NCBI RefSeq assembly: GCF_036971445.1
Contig: NC_091473.1
Span: forward strand, 207,948,001 to 208,012,000
Length of the DNA stretch: 64,000 nucleotides
Direction: 5' to 3'
Origin: Narcine bancroftii
Lineage: Eukaryota
The notes beneath the pieces were generated by a model. The model had not been told where the DNA came from. It did not search any database and was given only the letters and a program-made list of their open reading frames with translations. This document shows positions 60,465 through 64,000 of this stretch, piece by piece (the stretch's first letter is position 1; each line of letters begins with the position of its first letter). Both the position numbers and the translations under genes were made by a program.

Positions 60465-60767
60465 CCCCCTGATATCTCATGACGATCTTCTCACTGAAGC
60501 TGGAAGGTTTATGGGTCACTTCACAAGAATATTCTTGTTCGCTGGTCCATTCATCCACAGACAAGGTCAGGTAGGCAACAGTTTCAAATCCACCATCAGT
60601 TTTCATGGAAGGGAGAAGAGTGCCCACTTGCTCTGATTTGCCTTTTTTCCAGGTCACCTGAATCTTGTCAGGTGAGAATCCAGATATCACACAGCCTAGG
60701 ATAGCAGTTGTTTGATTGCTGAGAACCTCCGGGGATGGAACAAGAGGCATGAGCTTTGGAGATTGAG
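60465..60767 (-). CDS. IgW: IgW CH2 exon (303 nt, phase 1-1)
   Basis: Acceptor ttgttttacag|CT, donor GGG G|gtgagt; QSPKLMPLVPSPEVLSNQTTAILGCVISGFSPDKIQVTW...YSCEVTHKPSSFSEKIVMRYQG. Confidence 0.95.
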
Positions 60768-61257
60768 CTGTAAAACAATGCAATGTTAATGCAATATTAC
60801 TGATGGCATAACTGGCCACAGTGTAGGTGGACTCCATTCCCCAACTCCATTTGCAAATGCCCCAACAGCAGCCCACTCTACAAATCTGATCATTACAGAT
60901 GACCTGTCGTAGGATGGATCCTATCGTGAGATGTTGGGTAGAGCTGTGATTGGGAGATCAAGGTGTACAACACAGGCCTCCCCAGCATTATGTCCCACAC
61001 TGCAGTGTTGAGGGGGTTGAACGAGGAAGTGGCCTGTGTGGGCAGACTATTGGTGATCTGATTGTTTGGTGGAATGGCTGACTCCAGATCCTGTGGATAT
61101 GAGCAGATGGGGTCGAACAGGACATTAGGGAAGCACAATATTGAGGACAATCAAAAAGAAGAACAGATGGACAAGAGGAAATTATTTGGTTTTAATGGCA
61201 ATGATTTGCTCACATCTTAGAGGTGATGGATAAAGGTGAGTGGGGGATGTTGATTCT

Positions 61258-61382
61258 TCAGTTCCCTTCACAAGGAGTGTGAGTTTTGCAGGAACAGTGA
61301 CTAATGTCTGTCTGGTTCCGTGTGGAGGAGCTAATCTGGGGGGTGATGCTTGGGCCAGGTGGTGGGGATGGTGCAGAGTCTT
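61258..61382 (-). CDS. Candidate Pro/Cys-rich exon between CH1 and CH2 (terminal tail or frameshifted hinge)
   Basis: Acceptor tttatctaatttcag|AA, in frame with the CH1 phase-1 donor: KDSAPSPPPGPSITPQISSSTRNQTDISHCSCKTHTPCEGN*; ATTAAA at 61196-61191; donor gat|gtgagc at 61214. No transcript evidence. Confidence 0.35.
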
Positions 61383-61679
61383 CTGAAATTAGATAAATGA
61401 GTGGATACAATGGAGGCTGTTCAGCACAGATTATTTCCTGTACATTCCACCAAAATTCAGTTTCATTGACTGGAGGAAACTGCCTCATTCTCCGTCTATT
61501 TCCACCTAATTTCTCTCTGCCTTTTTTGTGCGCTACAGCAGCACTGGCTTGTAGGAATGGAAGAAATGAGTAAAGGAATGAATGGACATCCTTGAACATT
61601 TTTTGACAAAGGTTCCTGCTCTAGTTTTATCCCTCGACAGTAATGTAGTTTCAAATAGCAAATCAAATCTCATACTAAC

Positions 61680-61994
61680 TTTCAGCGAATATTGGTTCTG
61701 TGCTTGCTGTCACGAACTCGGTTGACTTGTACCCTGCCTTGCAGTAGTAGATATTGTTGCTTTTCCAATCCGCCGCAGGGACTCGGAGCAAGCTGCTCAT
61801 TGTGTACTTTGCATTCTGCCCCAACACTGCTGGATATTTCTTGATTCCGTTGGTGATGTCCCCACTGGCAGTGGACCATTTCTGGATGATGCTCTCAGGC
61901 TGATAATCCTTGACCAGACACAGGAGGCTGATCACTTGGTCAGATTCTCTGTGGCAGGGAGGGGCGATGAAGACTGACGGTAATGACTCAACCT
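61680..61994 (-). CDS. IgW: IgW CH1 exon (315 nt, phase 1-1)
   Basis: Acceptor ttacttttcag|AG, donor GAA A|gttagt; EVESLPSVFIAPPC...LLCLVKDYQPESIIQKW...KYPAVL...YTMSSLLRV...YYCKAG; extra N-terminal Cys typical of the light-chain link. Confidence 0.93.
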
Positions 61995-63129
61995 CTGAAA
62001 AGTAAATAAATTCACAGACAGTCCTGTCAATAAATGCATGACCAACAGATGAAGCAAACATCCAATGTCATTTCCAAATTCATTTACCGTGTTACAGAAA
62101 TTGCTTCCCGACTTATGTCTCAACAGAGAGTCTATGTCTCTGAGGGAGAAAGGCATGGAATAATCCAAGGAACAGCAAAAGGCAGCTCGGTTAGTGTAGT
62201 GGTAGCACAACGCTGTTACACCACCACCAACTGGGGTTCAAATCTGGCGCTGTCTATAAGGAGTTTGTACGTTTTCCCTGTGTGTGTGTGGGTTTCCTCC
62301 AACCATTCAAATTGTACCAGGGTGTGTAGTTCAATTGGGTGTATTTGGGTGGGACAGGCTCGTGGGGTGAAAACACTTGTTACCGTGCTATATGTCTAAA
62401 TTTAATATTCAAAAATCCCACAGAGGAGATTTAAGCATGGCATATAAGGTGACTCTCTCCTGCAGTACTGAGGCAGTGACCCAATGTCTGACGTGTGGGA
62501 TTTTGATCAAAGTTGCACCAAATCTCTCCCTCAAATGCAACGAATGATCCTCAGTGAATGTTTTGCACCAGAATATTGTTCACAGAAAAAAGGAAGAATT
62601 TGGCAGGAAGGTTATTGTATAAATCAGAACATTTCACCGGTAATGTTTTTGCATGGAATGAAGTTACACCGGCCTGAATACCTGAACCTCGTCAATATGA
62701 AATGTGTGATATGGTGGCACCTGGGGACTCTTCTTCTGAAATTCAATTGAACTGACCCCACAGTGAATTTGTTCCTGCTTTACAGGTTTTCCAAATGTAG
62801 TGGCAGAGGAGCTTGATGAAGCAGGAGGGAATGTTAACATGGATAAGAAAGGAATTTGGAAATCCATTAGCCCAGTCCTGAGTAAATGCAGGAATCTTGG
62901 AAGGTTGAAAGGTTCACGGAATACACAGCTCCCAGTGTCCAGAGAGGAAATGCACAAGTTAAGAGGCAGAATCTACTTGAAAGATCTGGTTCTCATTTGA
63001 CTGGAAAAGTGCAACCAATGATCATGTGGTTACTTCAGCTAATTCCTGGGCATTAATGGGTGCTTAGGTTTTCATTACTTTAATCTTCTCAATGGCTTGA
63101 AAAGTTGTGAATCATTTCTTAATGTTCAG

Positions 63130-63430
63130 TGTGTGACAAACGACATCTCCTCTATTTCCTCCACATCTGCTCCAACTCCCCCTCTCCTCTTCTCCACATT
63201 TTCCACTTCTCCAGCCTCTCCATTCAACAGATCAACCTTGGTGATTTCTGCCACCTTCAATGAGCTTCCACCACCAGGTGCATCTTCCCCTTCCCTTCCA
63301 TTTCAGTGCTCTGAAGGGACTGTTTTCCTTGCACCTCCCTTGGCCACTTTTCATCTCCACATTTCACTCCCCTTACAGCACTCTCCCTGCAACCACAACA
63401 CTTGCTTTTTCCCCTCTTTCCTCACTCTCC
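63130..63430 (+). mobile_element. Penelope-like fragment
   Basis: Resembles the region near 4620-4780 (cttcccc.cc...tctgaagggactgtt..cct); degenerate. Confidence 0.4.
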
Positions 63431-64000
63431 ATGGATTGTTTACAAATAAAGGGATATCCAGCAAGTGGGATTCCAAATGTGAGATAGGTGGACTTCAGGA
63501 CCAACATGATCCTGTTAAAACGCAGGATAAAACTGGTAGGAGGAGGGAACCTTGGACAATGAGGGATTTCAAGGATCTGGTCATGGAAAGACAAGGAGGC
63601 ACATGGACAAGTTGGGTTGAAGGGTTGGTTTCTGAGCTATGACTCCATGACAGATTTGATAGCAGGAGATTTTGTTTTGGCCCATTGTCAGAATTATCTG
63701 GAGCAGAGTTGTGGGCAAGACTAGTCTTGGCCACCAAAATAGAGTCACAGAGTCAGAGAGGGTTGAAACAGTCCCTTTGGCCCTACTTGCATGCACTGAC
63801 CAGAATGTCTGACCCACACTCATCCCACCTGCCTGCTTTTCATGTCTTTCCCTCCAAATTTATCCATGTATCAATCCACATTTTTCTTAAAACATGCCTC
63901 AACTTCCTCTTCTGCCAGCCCATTCCATACAGCCACAACCCTCTGTTTAAAAAAGTTATGCCTCATGTTCTATTGGATATATTCTGCGAATGAAAGGATA

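Larger units (their letters stand above)
29386..61994 (-). other. IgW: IgW (omega) heavy-chain constant-region locus: CH1-CH2-SecCys-CH3-CH4-CH5-CH6/tailpiece ... CH3'-CH4'-psiCH5' ... TM1-TM2
   Basis: Eight C1-set Ig domains with C..W..C cores, phase-1 splice junctions, an NVS/penultimate-Cys tailpiece and an Ig TM exon. Six domains before the tailpiece plus a Cys-rich tail exon after CH2 is the IgW architecture (IgM has 4 C domains, IgNAR 5). Confidence 0.9.

Noticed and set aside
61261-61295. SCKTHTPC resembles the human IgG1 hinge SCDKTHTCPPC
   Set aside because: Too short to imply homology; treated as coincidence.
54058-61994. Assignment as IgM or IgNAR
   Set aside because: Six C domains, a CH1 with a light-chain Cys and the Cys-rich tail exon after CH2 fit IgW only.
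62745-62790. CACTGTG heptamer followed by TGG GGT CAG on the minus strand, resembling a JH segment
   Set aside because: No nonamer at 12- or 23-bp spacing, no WGxGT-VTV continuation and no donor. V/D/J are not in this window.

Overview
Repeat-rich vertebrate genomic DNA, almost certainly from a cartilaginous fish (V-SINE, CR1, L1, RTE, Gypsy and Penelope landscape plus IgW). The only host gene is the constant region of an immunoglobulin IgW (omega) heavy-chain cluster on the minus strand (61994 to 29386); its V/D/J segments lie outside the window, beyond 64000. Exon order in the direction of transcription is CH1, CH2, a separate Cys-rich secretory exon (missed by the ORF track), CH3, CH4, CH5, CH6 with tailpiece and poly(A), then about 17 kb of TE-rich intron, a second intact but diverged CH3'-CH4' pair, a decayed CH5' relic, TM1, TM2 and poly(A). 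All C exons are open, phase-1 symmetric and have canonical acceptors. The most notable feature is the CH3'-CH4' cassette: it lies after the secretory poly(A) site and before the TM exons, and CH6 has lost its GT donor for TM splicing. Membrane and secreted IgW from this cluster may therefore use different CH3/CH4 domains. Weaker candidates are a Pro/Cys-rich hinge-like or terminal exon between CH1 and CH2, and up to three alternative cytoplasmic tails. Positions 1-28000 are 3' flank: a full-length L1 with nested CR1s, Gypsy relics, an internally deleted RTE and a duplicated non-coding block. Exon boundaries were read by hand from splice signals, and all isoform usage is inference that needs RNA data.
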